From: a virus
IMG/VR virus record: IMGVR_UViG_3300008050_007409
Strand: one strand, 5' to 3'
DNA: 64,000 nt
Below, piece after piece: positions 62,479 to 64,000 of the stretch. The first letter of the stretch is position 1. Each line of letters begins with the position of its first letter. The position numbers and the translations under genes are program-made. Below the pieces are notes generated by a model that was given only the letters and a program-made list of their open reading frames with translations, was not told where the DNA came from and did no database searches.

Positions 62479-63192
62479 GTGGGTAAGATCAGCGTCGAGA
62501 CCGGACTGGTCTACATCAGCGAGAAGGGCAAGCGCCGTAAGGTGCTGCACATCCACCCGGCCAAGACCAACAAGGTCGTCTACTACCTGGGTCACCACCG
62601 CACCCGAGCGGAAGACGTCCAGGATGTCGTCCGGATGATCAACAAGCGCCTGGGACGGACCTCCGACTGGCTGCCTCACGACTGGAACCTGACTCAGAAC
62701 GATCAGATCCTGCACGTCTTCTCCTGCAGCGAGCGGTCCTTCGGGAAGTGGCTGGGCAACGGCACGAAGGAGTCCCCCAAGGTCTCGGGCACGAAGCTGG
62801 GAGAGACCAGCCATCAGTTCGCCCAGGCCATGCTGGCGCTGCCAGACCTCCCCCTCGTCCACCCAGGTATCGCCGGCGACATCTACGTCGGCGTCGTCTA
62901 CCACGACCCGGAGGACGAGGTGATCGTGGTCAGCGACCGCGTCGAGGCCTCTGCCGGGTCTGAGGACGGCCGCCACGCCGACGCCATGCGTCATGAACGG
63001 GAGCGCTGCCTGCAGCTCATCGAAGCCCGCTGCCAGCGCCTGCACAAGGTGATCAAGGACTACCCTTCGGATCACCCCACCCACCGCAACATCGCGGCCT
63101 CCATCGAGAACCTCCGTGCCGTCGAGAAGTGGATCTCAGGCGGGAGGACTCCGAAGGACACCACCAAGCTGAACCCTGGAGGATCGACATGA
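62479..63192 (+). CDS. Hypothetical protein (start uncertain, 62419 or 62479)
   Basis: Coding-like from GTG 62479; the upstream 60 nt form hairpins. Confidence 0.6.
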   Translation: MGKISVETGLVYISEKGKRRKVLHIHPAKTNKVVYYLGHHRTRAEDVQDVVRMINKRLGRTSDWLPHDWNLTQNDQILHVFSCSERSFGKWLGNGTKESPKVSGTKLGETSHQFAQAMLALPDLPLVHPGIAGDIYVGVVYHDPEDEVIVVSDRVEASAGSEDGRHADAMRHERERCLQLIEARCQRLHKVIKDYPSDHPTHRNIAASIENLRAVEKWISGGRTPKDTTKLNPGGST

Positions 63193-63347
63193 TCTCCGTC
63201 AAGAAGCTCCGGCACCGGATCGGAGACGCAGCCGCCATGCTGGTCATCGGTGCCGTCATGACCCCCGCGGTCATCGTCGGCGTCGGCACCGTGTGGGTCG
63301 TCGGCTACCACTACCTGGCCGTCCGTGAAGTCGTGCTCGGCAGATGA
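63189..63347 (+). CDS. Small membrane protein
   Basis: MISVKKL... hydrophobic core. Confidence 0.5.
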   Translation: MISVKKLRHRIGDAAAMLVIGAVMTPAVIVGVGTVWVVGYHYLAVREVVLGR

Positions 63348-63676
63348 GCATCCGTCGCAGTCGCTGGGTCGAGCTCACCGACACCCGCTCTGACGGCGAA
63401 GAAGTCCTGGTCCCGTTCCGAGTGAAGGCCGAGGCCCTGAGATCGAAGCTCAGGATCTGGTGCTACCGCTTCGAGAACGGACGCTGGGTCTTCCACGCCG
63501 AGTGGGGAGGCTGGCGCTCACACCCCTACGCTCGGAAGATGGACAGCCTCGACCTGGACCGGGTCGCCATCAAGGCGGCTGACACCTTCCGAGAGTGGGT
63601 GCAGGAGTTCCAGCTCGAGGACTACCAGACCATCATCAAGCACCAGGCCGACGCCTGGGAGGGAGAGGTCGGATGA
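63344..63676 (+). CDS. Hypothetical protein
   Basis: 110 aa, coupled. Confidence 0.6.
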   Translation: MSIRRSRWVELTDTRSDGEEVLVPFRVKAEALRSKLRIWCYRFENGRWVFHAEWGGWRSHPYARKMDSLDLDRVAIKAADTFREWVQEFQLEDYQTIIKHQADAWEGEVG

Positions 63677-64000
63677 TCTACATCGGCATCGACCCCGGCG
63701 TGAGCGGAGCCATCGTCGCTCTCGATCACGACCACAAGGTGAGGGTGTGCGTCCGCATGCCCGTCCTGAACATCGGGAAGAAGGGCAAGACGAAGAACAT
63801 CCTCGACGACGCCGGCGTGCTGGCCGAGCTCCGGTCGATCAAGGCGCAGGCTGAGCACCACGGAGTGGCGACCTTCGCCGTGCTGGAGAAGTCCCAGGCC
63901 ATGCCCGGCCAGGGCGTGACCAGCATGTTCAACTACGGCGGGGTCTACCACGCGCTGAAGATGGCGCTCACCGCTGTCGAGCTGCCCTTCGACGTGGTCC
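63673..64000 (+). CDS. RuvC-like Holliday junction resolvase, 3'-partial
   Basis: Manual translation MIYIGIDPGVSGAIV...AVLEKSQAMPGQGVTSMFNYG. Confidence 0.85.
   Translation, partial: MIYIGIDPGVSGAIVALDHDHKVRVCVRMPVLNIGKKGKTKNILDDAGVLAELRSIKAQAEHHGVATFAVLEKSQAMPGQGVTSMFNYGGVYHALKMALTAVELPFDVV

Noticed and set aside
62417-62482. tRNA-like element around GGTTCG
   Set aside because: No cloverleaf; only two simple hairpins

Overview
This window is a 64 kb segment of a large, high-GC tailed-phage genome with a contractile (myovirus-type) tail; no rRNA, tRNA or CRISPR array was recognised. All calls come from reading the sequence and recalled family motifs; no searches were run. Bases 1-26.6 kb are a minus-strand virion module: baseplate J-like, gp25-like wedge, a 1588-aa repeat protein, Ig-like proteins, hub, tube-initiator-like and tape-measure genes. 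Embedded in it are a phage sigma-70 factor and about seven very basic Gly/Ala-rich proteins sharing an F-x-x-E-[IMLF]-x-K-[IL]-[AG] tag or a shorter K-x-A form; several carry enzyme domains (SNF2 helicase, HExxH peptidase, P-loop, zinc ribbon). Bases 26.6-34.9 kb hold small, mostly minus-strand genes (KhpA-like, two MerR-type HTH, DEDDh exonuclease, PG-binding/CHAP endolysin). An AT-rich, repeat-rich spacer at 35.24-35.50 kb lies at the main strand switch and is an origin candidate. Bases 35.5-64 kb are mostly plus strand: a MoxR/CbbQ-like ATPase with a peptidase-vWA partner, RNase HII, a ThyX remnant, GIY-YIG and HNH nucleases, dNMP kinase, a RuvC-like resolvase and a DNA-modification set (Mom-like enzyme, C5 methyltransferase with six internal repeats, three PAPS-reductase/DndC-like enzymes). 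Best leads: (1) the tagged virion-cargo protein family, (2) a recurring ATAAG-N4-YGA promoter-like motif, (3) the DNA-modification cluster.
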